Shown here: piece after piece, positions 1 to 7,973 of the stretch
Layout of the letters: every line of letters starts with the position of its first letter
How positions within the stretch are numbered: position 1 is the first letter of the stretch
Assembly: GCA_964408485.1 (NCBI GenBank)
Contig: CAYOZJ010000001.1
Location: 28,366 to 92,365 of the forward strand
Direction of reading: 5' to 3'
Length of the DNA: 64,000 nt
Source: an uncultured Gammaproteobacteria bacterium
GTDB lineage: Bacteria > Patescibacteriota > Microgenomatia > Levybacterales > UBA12049
Translations under genes and position numbers: made by a program
The notes under the pieces: model-generated
The model's database searches: none
Seen by the model: only the letters and a program-made list of their open reading frames with translations
What the model was told of the DNA's origin: nothing

Positions 1-22
1 TAATCTTATCCTAATACAATCC

Positions 23-337
23 ATGATGGATCTTGGTATTTTGGATTTTACAAATGGAAAATGGCATTTAGACACAGAGGATCCACAAAAATTGGCAGGA
101 TATCATACAAGCACTAAGAATGCTTTTTTGGAATTTGCAAAAATTTATGAAGCAACAGATCCTGAAGTATCCAAGGCAGAAACAGCTGCATTTAAGGCAA
201 AATATCTAGACATTCCTTCACGTAAAATGCTTCAGCTCGTGCGTGATTCAGGAATTCTCTCAGAAAACGAATATCGAGCAGAAATGCAGAAGTATTATCC
301 CACAGATGGAAGAAGAACAGAACCTAATGCTGCATAA
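23..337 (+). CDS. hypothetical protein, possibly 5'-truncated by the window edge
   Basis: 104-aa ORF; the frame is open back to position 2; no recognisable motif. Confidence 0.55.
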   Translation: MMDLGILDFTNGKWHLDTEDPQKLAGYHTSTKNAFLEFAKIYEATDPEVSKAETAAFKAKYLDIPSRKMLQLVRDSGILSENEYRAEMQKYYPTDGRRTEPNAA

Positions 338-340
338 GTC

Positions 341-369
341 TTGTCAAGGAAAATAGTTTTTTGTATAAT
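341..369 (+). promoter_or_regulatory. sigma70-type promoter of the Ile leader
   Basis: TTGTCA (341-346), 17-bp spacer, TATAAT (364-369). Confidence 0.75.
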
Positions 370-379
370 AAATTCTCTT

Positions 380-421
380 ATGAACAAACAGATTATTGGC
401 ATTATCATTATTACCCGTTAG
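380..421 (+). CDS. Ile-rich attenuator leader peptide MNKQIIGIIIITR
   Basis: 6 Ile codons in 13; starts 10 nt after the -10 box; overlaps hairpin GCATTATC...GATAATGC. Confidence 0.8.
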   Translation: MNKQIIGIIIITR

Positions 422-469
422 GGTGGGGATAATGCTGCTGTTGCAACCCCGCCATTGAGCGGGTTTTTT
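422..469 (+). terminator. attenuator: antiterminator and intrinsic terminator
   Basis: terminator CCCGC-cattga-GCGGG followed by T6; alternative pairing GGTGGGG with CCCCGCC. Confidence 0.8.
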
Positions 470-476
470 AGTGGCT

Positions 477-704
477 ATGACAGAAAACCATACAAGAGAA
501 AAAATTATTAATGAACAGGCTGGTTTAGATAATAAACGAGTTCCAAGAGTTTCTGCACGCGATGCACGATTTTGGCCACGTATAACTGTGGATAGCAAGC
601 ATAGCCTAGGAGGAAAATATGTTCCTAGAGATGTAAACGTTTGGACGGACAGCAAAGGTAATACAATACCAGGAGGAGATCATGCTAATGAGGTTAAATG
701 GTAA
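477..704 (+). CDS. small orphan protein downstream of the Ile attenuator
   Basis: 75-77 aa ORF (GTG 471 or ATG 477) directly after the terminator. Confidence 0.6.
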   Translation: MTENHTREKIINEQAGLDNKRVPRVSARDARFWPRITVDSKHSLGGKYVPRDVNVWTDSKGNTIPGGDHANEVKW

Positions 705-732
705 AAACCTATTGCGTGTATACACTGGCCTC

Positions 733-761
733 TTGCAATGAGTGAAAAGTTTTGATATTCT
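733..761 (+). promoter_or_regulatory. promoter of the orphan Phe leader
   Basis: TTGCAA (733-738), 17 bp, extended -10 TGa-TATTCT (756-761). Confidence 0.65.
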
Positions 762-771
762 AATTATCACA

Positions 772-840
772 ATGACATTCTCAAAAAGATTTAGTTTTTT
801 CTTTTTTAACTCCTTAGATGGGGGAGAATGTAGTTGCTAA
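772..840 (+). CDS. Phe-rich attenuator leader peptide MTFSKRFSFFFFNSLDGGECSC
   Basis: 6 Phe codons including 4 consecutive; resembles pheL/pheM-type leaders. Confidence 0.75.
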   Translation: MTFSKRFSFFFFNSLDGGECSC

Positions 841-863
841 ACTAATTTAGACAAAAGCACAAC

Positions 864-888
864 AACTCCCCACAGCGGGAGTTTTTTT
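864..888 (+). terminator. attenuator terminator
   Basis: AACTCCC-cacagc-GGGAGTT plus T run; GGGGAG in the leader can pair with CTCCCC as antiterminator. Confidence 0.8.
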
Positions 889-914
889 GTGGGTTATGGA
901 AGGAGGTGAAACAT

Positions 915-1064
915 ATGGCAGTAGAAGCAAAAGCAAAAACAGATAAACGGACAGATAGACTTCCAGGACCTGCACCTGTTGATCCTGTTTATCGAAGAGA
1001 AAGGCCAAACGCCAGGGAAGTTTACGAAAATAAAAGAAGGGAAGACAGAAAACCAGGCTTCTAA
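915..1064 (+). CDS. 49-aa basic orphan protein (MAVEAKAKTDKRTDRLPGPAPVDPVYRRERPNAREVYENKRREDRKPGF)
   Basis: strong SD AGGAGGTGA at 901-909; below the ORF-track cutoff; followed by a terminator. Confidence 0.7.
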   Translation: MAVEAKAKTDKRTDRLPGPAPVDPVYRRERPNAREVYENKRREDRKPGF

Positions 1065-1084
1065 TTTCATTTTTTATGAAACTG

Positions 1085-1124
1085 ACAAGGGTTGTAAAGA
1101 GACGTCTTTATGACCCTTGTTTTT
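1085..1124 (+). terminator. intrinsic terminator
   Basis: ACAAGGGTTGTAAAGA-gacg-TCTTTATGACCCTTGT followed by T run. Confidence 0.7.
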
Positions 1125-1166
1125 ATACTTTTGAACAACAATGAATTTTGTTATAATTGAGCGTAC

Positions 1167-1240
1167 GGAGTTATAGCTCAGTTGGTTAGAGCGTTTCATT
1201 GACATTGAAAAGGTCACTGGTTCGAGTCCAGTTAGCTCCA
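1167..1240 (+). tRNA. tRNA-Val(GAC), CCA not encoded
   Basis: acceptor GGAGTTA/TAGCTCC; D arm AGCTCAGTTGGTTAGAGC; anticodon arm TTTCA-ttGACat-TGAAA; T arm GGTTCGAGTCC. Confidence 0.95.
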
Positions 1241-1338
1241 CACTTCGGCAAGCTCAGTGCGAGCTAGACGTAATTAAATAAAGATCTAGACAAAAGTTTA
1301 CCCTGAGGGAAGCCGAAGGGAGTCCAGTACCGTCCACA
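1241..1338 (+). repeat. REP-like palindrome pair followed by a degenerate tRNA 3' fragment
   Basis: CTTCGGCAAGCTCAG...CTGAGGGAAGCCGAAG, then GAGTCCAGTACCGTCCACA (15/19 identical to 1224-1242). Confidence 0.6.
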
Positions 1339-1425
1339 AGAATCCCATACTACTTATATACTTAGCCTCAAAATTATTCTTCTGAACCTATTGACAAATT
1401 ATTAAATTAACCCTATAATAGTTGT

Positions 1426-1641
1426 ATGTTAATCGCACCAAAACGAATGACGACTCCCAAACGGGGAATAAGTCCAAGACGACTAGCTGATACTGTAGAC
1501 ATAACAGAGCTTCGAGATGATCTTGCTGAAAAGATTGTAGAAAGAAATAAGCGTTTAAAAAGCCTCGAGCTTCAAGGAAAGATGGCACTTGTAGAGGCTG
1601 CTACACTTTTTGTTGAACGAGAAATTCGAAAGCTAAAATAA
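1426..1641 (+). CDS. small hypothetical protein
   Basis: 71 aa; TTGACA...TATAAT promoter immediately upstream. Confidence 0.6.
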   Translation: MLIAPKRMTTPKRGISPRRLADTVDITELRDDLAEKIVERNKRLKSLELQGKMALVEAATLFVEREIRKLK

Positions 1642-1695
1642 TCCTTCATCACTTGTTACCTCAAACATACAATAATTTTCTGCTATACTTTTTCT

Positions 1696-2250
1696 GTGAC
1701 CCGAGAAACAGCTCTTCAAATTCTTACCAAACACCTTTCCAATAAAGTACTTCTTAAGCATTCATTAGCAGTTGAGGCTGTAATGCGGTCGTTAGCGCCT
1801 ATGTTTAAGGGAGATATAGAAGAATGGGGCATAGCAGGACTACTTCACGATGCAGACTACGACGAAGCAAAAGGACAGCCAGAAAGGCATGGATTTCTTC
1901 TTTTTCAACTTGAGCCAAATATGATTCCCAGTGTTGTCGAGCACGCAATTAAATCTCATAATTTTGAAGATACGCATATTGCACCAGAATCTCCCATGGA
2001 CTGGGCATTGTATTGCTGCGACGACCTAACGGGAATCATTACCGAGCTTGCCCAAGCACAGAAAGAAAAGGTCCTGTCATCAATCTCTTCCCAACAAATT
2101 GTCCAAGAGCTACTAGAAAAGCATAAAAACAAGAAAAATACACATCTTGCTGCTTTTCTGTCTGAGGAAAAATTAGGCATACCCCTCGAGCAATTTGTTA
2201 TTTTAAACTTAAAAGCAATGCAAGCAGCTCATGAAGAATTGGGATTATAG
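1696..2250 (+). CDS. HD-domain (HDIG-type) phosphohydrolase
   Basis: KHSLAVEAVM, GLLHDADY, SHN and D motifs. Confidence 0.85.
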   Translation: MTRETALQILTKHLSNKVLLKHSLAVEAVMRSLAPMFKGDIEEWGIAGLLHDADYDEAKGQPERHGFLLFQLEPNMIPSVVEHAIKSHNFEDTHIAPESPMDWALYCCDDLTGIITELAQAQKEKVLSSISSQQIVQELLEKHKNKKNTHLAAFLSEEKLGIPLEQFVILNLKAMQAAHEELGL

Positions 2251-2287
2251 ATATTGACTTCTTTTTTCTTCTGTTTATACTAAAAAT

Positions 2288-2563
2288 ATGATAAAGAAAA
2301 ACCAACCAGTCACAAAAGAAGAACTTAAAGAGGTGCTAAGAGACTATCCCACAAAAGATTATTTAGAAGACAGATTGGAGCTGTTTGAAAAAGGTATTGT
2401 CGAAGAGTTGGACGAGCGCATGGATAAGAAGTTTAAAATATACTTTAAAACAAACTTTGACGCGTTCTATCAAAGACTTATGAAGGGGATGGGTATTACC
2501 GTTGTAACCCATGAACAGAGAATCACAAAACTTGAAGACACTGTTTTCCCAACCAAAAGTTGA
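2288..2563 (+). CDS. hypothetical coiled-coil protein
   Basis: 91 aa, TKEEL/TKDYL and HEQRITKLE pattern; own promoter. Confidence 0.65.
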   Translation: MIKKNQPVTKEELKEVLRDYPTKDYLEDRLELFEKGIVEELDERMDKKFKIYFKTNFDAFYQRLMKGMGITVVTHEQRITKLEDTVFPTKS

Positions 2564-2589
2564 CAACATAATTTTCTTTATGATAAACT
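2560..2589 (+). promoter_or_regulatory. promoter of the Thr leader
   Basis: TTGACA (2560-2565), extended -10 TGa-TAAACT (2584-2589). Confidence 0.7.
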
Positions 2590-2597
2590 TATTAGTA

Positions 2598-2642
2598 ATG
2601 AAACGACAAATTGCATTAACAACTACTACAACTCTTAGTTAG
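2598..2642 (+). CDS. Thr-rich attenuator leader peptide MKRQIALTTTTTLS
   Basis: 5 consecutive Thr codons; lies upstream of thrS; thrL-like. Confidence 0.9.
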   Translation: MKRQIALTTTTTLS

Positions 2643-2690
2643 GAGGTTGTAGTTGCTGTGCAAAATATGACCTCCGAAAGGAGGTTTTTT
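2642..2690 (+). terminator. Thr attenuator antiterminator and terminator
   Basis: GACCTCC-gaaa-GGAGGTT plus T run; an identical GGAGGTT at 2642-2648 competes for GACCTCC; CTACAACT/GGTTGTAG pause hairpin. Confidence 0.9.
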
Positions 2691-2700
2691 GATGGAAAAC

Positions 2701-2759
2701 GTCCTTTCGAATAAAACGAGAGGCCTATCGAAGAGATTTCTCACTTTGTTCGAAATGAC
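2701..2759. repeat. REP-like palindrome (GTCAT...ATGAC family)
   Basis: GTCCTTTCGAATAAAA...TTTGTTCGAAATGAC. Confidence 0.65.
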
Positions 2760-2781
2760 AAAGAGAAGGAGGTGAGAAAAT

Positions 2782-2976
2782 ATGATAGAAGAAGGTGAGG
2801 ATAGGTCTGATATATTAAGACAAAACGATAGAATCCTTATGGAAGTTATGCCAGAAAAAGCCGGCAGACGATGGAAACCGTTAGTTTTGATTAGGCAAGG
2901 AAACCAATGGGAAAAAGGTGAGGTAAGACGGGTTCGTAAACCTGGATTTCTTCAACGACTATTCCATAGGGCCTAG
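2782..2976 (+). CDS. small orphan protein between the Thr attenuator and thrS
   Basis: 64 aa; strong SD AGGAGGTGA. Confidence 0.65.
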   Translation: MIEEGEDRSDILRQNDRILMEVMPEKAGRRWKPLVLIRQGNQWEKGEVRRVRKPGFLQRLFHRA

Positions 2977-3047
2977 AAATAAGGGAGAAGGGCGAACGTC
3001 GACCTGCCTTACTCCTTTCAAAGCAAAAATGAATTTGATACTATTAT

Positions 3048-3124
3048 GTCATTCTGAACGAAGCGAAGAATCTAGAAATAGGTGAGCAAACCTCACCCCA
3101 ACCCTCTCCTAAAAGGCGAGGGAG
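3048..3124. repeat. REP half plus CCTCACC-CCCTCTCC-GAGGG palindrome
   Basis: GTCATTCTGAACGAAGCGAAGAATCT and CCTCACCCCAACCCTCTCCTAAAAGGCGAGGGAG; related copies elsewhere in the window. Confidence 0.65.
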
Positions 3125-3139
3125 ATCAAGGAAAAATTT

Positions 3140-4900
3140 ATGAATATGGAAAAATTACAACATCTTAGGCATACGGCAGCACATTTACTTGCTGCAGCTG
3201 TTTTGCGCTTATATCCTGGCGCACATAATGCCATAGGACCATCAATCGAGGAAGGATTTTACCAAGACTTTGATATGGGCGAGCATAAAATTTCTGAGAA
3301 TGATCTTCCAAAAATAGAGGAAGAAATGAGAAAAATTGTTAAAGATTGGCATCACTTTGAAGTAAAAGAAGTAACACCGGATGAAGCAAGAAAAGCATTT
3401 GCTCACAATCCTTATAAATCAGAGCTTATAGAGGAGTTTGCTAAAGAAGGCAAAACAATTACCCTCAATAATCCTGGTGATTTTCTCGATCTTTGTAAAG
3501 GCGGACACTCTGACAACCCAGCAGAAGAGCTGAAGCATTTCAAGCTAATGAAGCTTGCTGGTGCATATTGGAGGGGAAGCGAAAAAAATAAAATGCTTAC
3601 CAGAATTTATGGAACAGCATTTTTCTCTCAAAAAGAATTGGATGACTATCTCCAAATGCTTGAAGAGGCAGAAAAACGAGACCATAAAAAATTAGGCAAA
3701 GAACTTGATCTATTTTTCTTTACAGAAACAGCTCCAGGTATGCCATATTGGTTACCAAAAGGACTTATTGTCTTCAATGAGCTTCTTAATTTTTCAAGAA
3801 GTGTAAGGAAAAGCTACGGCTATACAGAAATCATGACACCCATTATGTCCAAAAAGGAATTGTATGAGACATCAGGACATTGGTTTCATTACAGAGATGA
3901 CATGTTTATTTCCCCAATGAGCTATCTTCGCGGAGATAGTAAGGATCCATACGTTGGAGCAGAGATTTTTGGCATAAAACCAATGAATTGCCCCAATGCA
4001 ATGACTGTTTTTGCATCTATGACACGCTCGTATAGAGATTTGCCAATGAGATTATCCGAAACAACAGCACTTCATAGATTTGAATTATCTGGAACACTGA
4101 ATGGACTTTTCAGGGCGCGAGAATTTCATCAGGATGACTCCCATATTTTTGTGGGCATGAATCAAGTGGGAGAAGAATTTCAGAGAATTATTGAAACAAT
4201 TGAAATTTTCTATAAAGCGTTTGATCTTAAATACAAGCTTCGCTTTGGCACAAGACCAGAAAACTTTATGGGAGAAGCAAAGGACTGGGATATTGCAGAA
4301 AGAGAACTCAAGGTTGTTTTAGACAAATCAGGCCAAGAGTACTTCGAAGCAGCAGGAGAAGGGGCATTTTACGGACCAAAAATAGATATTCTTATGAAAG
4401 ACTCATTGGGCCGTGAATGGCAAACAGGGACAATTCAGCTTGATTTCCAGCAACCGAAAAATTTTAAACTAAAATACACAGATAGTGAAGGGAAGGATGT
4501 CCAACCTGCAGCATTCCATGTAGCGATTTATGGCTCATTTGAGCGCTTCCTTGGCATTCTTATTGAGAATTTTGAAGGAAAGCTTCCAACCTGGCTCGCG
4601 CCTGTCCAAGTTGCCCTTCTTCCTATTGCTGACAGGCACAATGACTATGCACAAAGTGTGGCTAAAGAGCTTGAAAAGATGGGATTTCGTGCAGAAGTTG
4701 ACAGTAGCCCAGAACGTCTCCAGGCTAAAATACGCAATGCAACTTTACAACATGTACCATTTATGGGTATAATAGGGGACAAGGAAATTGAGAATAAGGC
4801 TATCTCTGTAAGGAAACGAAGCAGTGAAGATTTAGGACCAATCTCTTTAGACCAATTTTTAGCCCAACTTAAGGGAGAAGTAGAAAACAAAGTTGTATAA
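3140..4900 (+). CDS. thrS: threonine--tRNA ligase (no N-terminal TGS domain)
   Basis: RHTAAHLLA, DLCKGGH, AGAYWRG, RDHKKLG, KPMNCP, GAFYGPKID. Confidence 0.98.
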   Translation: MNMEKLQHLRHTAAHLLAAAVLRLYPGAHNAIGPSIEEGFYQDFDMGEHKISENDLPKIEEEMRKIVKDWHHFEVKEVTPDEARKAFAHNPYKSELIEEFAKEGKTITLNNPGDFLDLCKGGHSDNPAEELKHFKLMKLAGAYWRGSEKNKMLTRIYGTAFFSQKELDDYLQMLEEAEKRDHKKLGKELDLFFFTETAPGMPYWLPKGLIVFNELLNFSRSVRKSYGYTEIMTPIMSKKELYETSGHWFHYRDDMFISPMSYLRGDSKDPYVGAEIFGIKPMNCPNAMTVFASMTRSYRDLPMRLSETTALHRFELSGTLNGLFRAREFHQDDSHIFVGMNQVGEEFQRIIETIEIFYKAFDLKYKLRFGTRPENFMGEAKDWDIAERELKVVLDKSGQEYFEAAGEGAFYGPKIDILMKDSLGREWQTGTIQLDFQQPKNFKLKYTDSEGKDVQPAAFHVAIYGSFERFLGILIENFEGKLPTWLAPVQVALLPIADRHNDYAQSVAKELEKMGFRAEVDSSPERLQAKIRNATLQHVPFMGIIGDKEIENKAISVRKRSSEDLGPISLDQFLAQLKGEVENKVV

Positions 4901-5474
4901 ACGTACATTCAGTCCAAGACAACAATTTCGAATAAATGAGCGAATTTTCGCAAATTCTCTTCGGGTTTTGGACATAGAGGGCAAACAAGTTGGTGTTCTT
5001 TCAAAAACAGAAGCATTAAATAAAGCTCGCGAATTAGGAGTAGACCTGGTCGAAGTCGCACCACAAGCTACCCCTCCTGTTGCTAGACTTATTGATTACA
5101 ATAAGTTTTTGTACCAGGTAGAGAAGAAAAAGCGAGAAGAAAAACGAAAAGCAAAATCAACCGAGACAAAAGAAGTGAGGCTTGGACCCTTTATGGGTGC
5201 AGCCGATCTGGATAACATGACCAATCGGGCGAAAGGCTTTTTGCAGGACGGAAATAAAGTCCGTTTAGTGCTGAAATTCAGGGGAAGACAAATTGTTCAT
5301 CCTGAATTTGGACATGAAACAATTCAGAAGATGGTTGCAGCGTTAGCAGATGTTTCGAAAGTCGAAAAAGAACCTCGACTTGAAGGAAAACAGCTTATTG
5401 CAATTATCTCACCAGAAAGGAAAAAAACAAAAAATGAAGAAGAAAATCAAGAACTCAGTAGCCAGACGGTTTAA
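4893..5474 (+). CDS. infC: translation initiation factor IF-3 (non-ATG start)
   Basis: RINERI, DLVEVAP, PPVARLIDY, KFRGR; thrS-infC-rpmI-rplT synteny. Confidence 0.95.
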   Translation: MYKRTFSPRQQFRINERIFANSLRVLDIEGKQVGVLSKTEALNKARELGVDLVEVAPQATPPVARLIDYNKFLYQVEKKKREEKRKAKSTETKEVRLGPFMGAADLDNMTNRAKGFLQDGNKVRLVLKFRGRQIVHPEFGHETIQKMVAALADVSKVEKEPRLEGKQLIAIISPERKKTKNEEENQELSSQTV

Positions 5475-5628
5475 AGTTACCAAAACAGGTAAGGTACTTT
5501 TTGCACATCAAAATGCAGGGCATTTAAAAGCAGCAAAGTCTAACCGAAATAAAAGACGTAATAAAGTCCCAGGAGTACTTCCTGAAATGTTTGGAAGAAA
5601 AATAAAGAAGATGCTAGGGTATCTATAA
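5434..5628 (+). CDS. rpmI: 50S ribosomal protein L35
   Basis: RRFKVTKTGKV...HL; ATG at 5434. Confidence 0.92.
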   Translation: MKKKIKNSVARRFKVTKTGKVLFAHQNAGHLKAAKSNRNKRRNKVPGVLPEMFGRKIKKMLGYL

Positions 5629-5688
5629 AGAAAGGTTTATTCTTCGAGCGAAGCGAGAAGTTCTCACATTCGTTCGAACAATACATAT

Positions 5689-6039
5689 ATGAGAGTTAAA
5701 AGAGGAACAGTATCAAGACGAAAACATAATAAGCTTCTAGAACAAGCAGCGGGTTACCGTGGATCTCGTTCTAAATTAGTCCGCACAGCTAAACAAGCAG
5801 TACTTCAAGCAGGAAGTTATGCCTTTGCGGGTCGAAAGAATAAAAAGCGAGACTTCAGACAACTCTGGATTACCAGAATTTCTGAGGCAGCTAAAGAGCA
5901 GGAATTTTCCTACAGTAAGCTCATGAATAAACTTAAAAATGCCAACATTACCCTTGATAGAAAGATTCTTGCAGATATTGTTAATAGTGACCCAGAAACC
6001 TTTACACACTTGGTTGAAATGGCAAAGAAAGCCAACTAA
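5689..6039 (+). CDS. rplT: 50S ribosomal protein L20
   Basis: MRVKRG, KKRDFRQLWITRI, LDRKILA. Confidence 0.97.
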   Translation: MRVKRGTVSRRKHNKLLEQAAGYRGSRSKLVRTAKQAVLQAGSYAFAGRKNKKRDFRQLWITRISEAAKEQEFSYSKLMNKLKNANITLDRKILADIVNSDPETFTHLVEMAKKAN

Positions 6040-6040
6040 T

Positions 6041-6304
6041 ATGTCAGCGGGTAGAAATCTTCATATAGAACGAGGTAATCTTCTAGAGAAATATAATGCA
6101 GCTACAACACGATTAACAGATGCAAAAAGAGAACATGGACGAAGAGGAAGTGCAGTAGCAGACGATAAACAGGAAGCGGGGCAATTAAGTAGAGCACTGG
6201 CAGCAAATAGAATTGCGCTAAAGGAAGAAAACAATACAGCACACGAAAGATATGTTCTTGGAAAAGCACAAGCGCAAGATCACAACACTCTTAATCAAGG
6301 ATGA
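6041..6304 (+). CDS. small orphan protein between rplT and the Phe leader
   Basis: 87 aa from ATG 6041; its stop overlaps the leader start (ATGA). Confidence 0.65.
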   Translation: MSAGRNLHIERGNLLEKYNAATTRLTDAKREHGRRGSAVADDKQEAGQLSRALAANRIALKEENNTAHERYVLGKAQAQDHNTLNQG

Positions 6305-6342
6305 CAAATAAACTCTTTTTCTTTACATTTATTTCCTTTAAT
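6301..6342 (+). CDS. Phe-rich leader peptide MTNKLFFFTFYFL (pheM-like)
   Basis: 5 Phe codons; upstream of pheS, the same position as E. coli pheM. Confidence 0.9.
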
Positions 6343-6345
6343 TAG

Positions 6346-6391
6346 GAGGTTTTGTAGTGAAAAGCAAAAACCTCCGAAGGGAGGTTTTTTA
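6346..6391 (+). terminator. pheST attenuator antiterminator and terminator
   Basis: AAAAACCTCC-gaag-GGAGGTTTTT; competing GGAGGTTTT at 6346-6354. Confidence 0.9.
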
Positions 6392-6392
6392 A

Positions 6393-6513
6393 TGTCATCC
6401 CGCACTAGATGCGGGATCCAGAATTAGATTCCTGCTTTCGCAGGAATGACAATCTGTTCTATAATCTATGTGAGGAAATAACCTCACCTCAATCCTCTCC
6501 TAGAAGGAGAGGA
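6393..6513. repeat. REP-like palindrome plus CCTCACC-type palindrome
   Basis: TGTCATCCCGCACTAGATGCGGGATCCA...GATTCCTGCTTTCGCAGGAATGACA; CCTCACCTCAATCCTCTCCTAGAAGGAGAGGA. Confidence 0.75.
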
Positions 6514-6536
6514 AGAATAAAAGGAGAAAATTATAT

Positions 6537-7598
6537 ATGGAAGAACAATTAATGCAATTAAAAAATGATGCGCTAAGTCTTATCTTGGATGCATCTGACA
6601 AAAAAACGCTTGAGGAAATTAAGCTTCAATTTCTAGGAAAGAGTGGCAAGCTGACTCTGGCATTAAAAGATATTACAAAAGTTCCAATGGAAAAAAGGGC
6701 AGAAGTAGGCAAATTAGCTAATGAAGTAAAGCAGTCAGTTGAGGAAGCAATAGAGCGACAAGGAGAAGGCCTTACCCATAAGAGCCGTGAGACAAAGCGT
6801 CTGTCTTTAGACGTTACCAATCCAGGAATCAAGCCTCCACTTGGCCATTTACATTTAATAACGCAGGCAATTCAAGAAATTACCAGTATCTTTGAAAAAA
6901 TTGGATTTACTCGCGTAAGATATCCTGAAATTGATTGGGATTATTATGCATTTACTGCACTTAATTTTCCGGAAAATCATCCTGCACGAGATGATTGGGA
7001 AACATTTTTTACAAAAGAAGATACCGATAGTAAAAAAGGGCAAATTGTCCTTACGCCACATACATCTAATGGGCAGGTTAGAGAAATGGAGCGAGCTGTT
7101 GCAGAGAGTAAGGTAACAGGGCAACCAGTGAGTATCCGCATGCTCAATATTGCAAAATGCTACAGAAGGCAATCTGATGTCTCCCATACGCAAATGTTTC
7201 ATCAATTCGAAGGGCTTGTTGTTGGAGAAAATATTTCCATTGTCCATTTGAAGGGAGTACTGGATTATTTTGTAAAGTCATACTTCGGAGAAAATCGCAC
7301 ATCTCGAATCCGACCGTATCACTTTCAATTTACCGAACCCTCTTTTGAAATAGATGTTACGTGTGGCGTGTGTCTAGGCAAAGGATGCAAGCTCTGTAAA
7401 GCAGGATGGCTAGAAATGGGCGGAGCAGGTATGGTACATCCAAATGTCCTAAAATATGGCGGTGTTGATACGAAAAAATACACGGGCTTTGCATTTGGCT
7501 GGGGAGTCGAGCGAGTGCTCATGATGAAAGAGGGAATAGAGATAGATGACTTACGTTTACTCTATTCTAATAAATTAGAGTTTCTAGAACAGTTTTAA
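6537..7598 (+). CDS. pheS: phenylalanine--tRNA ligase alpha subunit
   Basis: HPARD, HTS, HTQMFHQFEG, FQFTEPS, GFAFGWGVER. Confidence 0.98.
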   Translation: MEEQLMQLKNDALSLILDASDKKTLEEIKLQFLGKSGKLTLALKDITKVPMEKRAEVGKLANEVKQSVEEAIERQGEGLTHKSRETKRLSLDVTNPGIKPPLGHLHLITQAIQEITSIFEKIGFTRVRYPEIDWDYYAFTALNFPENHPARDDWETFFTKEDTDSKKGQIVLTPHTSNGQVREMERAVAESKVTGQPVSIRMLNIAKCYRRQSDVSHTQMFHQFEGLVVGENISIVHLKGVLDYFVKSYFGENRTSRIRPYHFQFTEPSFEIDVTCGVCLGKGCKLCKAGWLEMGGAGMVHPNVLKYGGVDTKKYTGFAFGWGVERVLMMKEGIEIDDLRLLYSNKLEFLEQF

Positions 7599-7599
7599 T

Positions 7600-7971
7600 A
7601 TGAAAATTACATCATATGATCAGGCAATTCATGTAACAAAGCCAACAGGACTTAAGGTGAGTTATTATTTATTTGATGAATATGAGGTGCACGTAAATGA
7701 GCAGCCACCACACAGTGTTCAAGATTGGCATCATCATGAAAAGATTTGGGAAAGTCTCATTATTTTAGAAGGGGAGTTAATCGCTAAATGGAAAGAAAAT
7801 GGGGAAGAAAAACAAGCAACCGTTAAAGCAGGAGATATTATTGAAACTGAGCATACACCGCATATTTTTGAGAACCAAACAGATAGTACGGTAAAGTTTA
7901 TTGTTTTAAAACAAGTAACAACAGGGGGGAATAAAAGGGAATTACTTAAAACAGATAAGGTTTTGGATTAA
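7600..7971 (+). CDS. cupin-domain protein
   Basis: WHHHxxxxE...ILEGE...GD....PH cupin motifs. Confidence 0.85.
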   Translation: MKITSYDQAIHVTKPTGLKVSYYLFDEYEVHVNEQPPHSVQDWHHHEKIWESLIILEGELIAKWKENGEEKQATVKAGDIIETEHTPHIFENQTDSTVKFIVLKQVTTGGNKRELLKTDKVLD

Positions 7972-7973
7972 CT

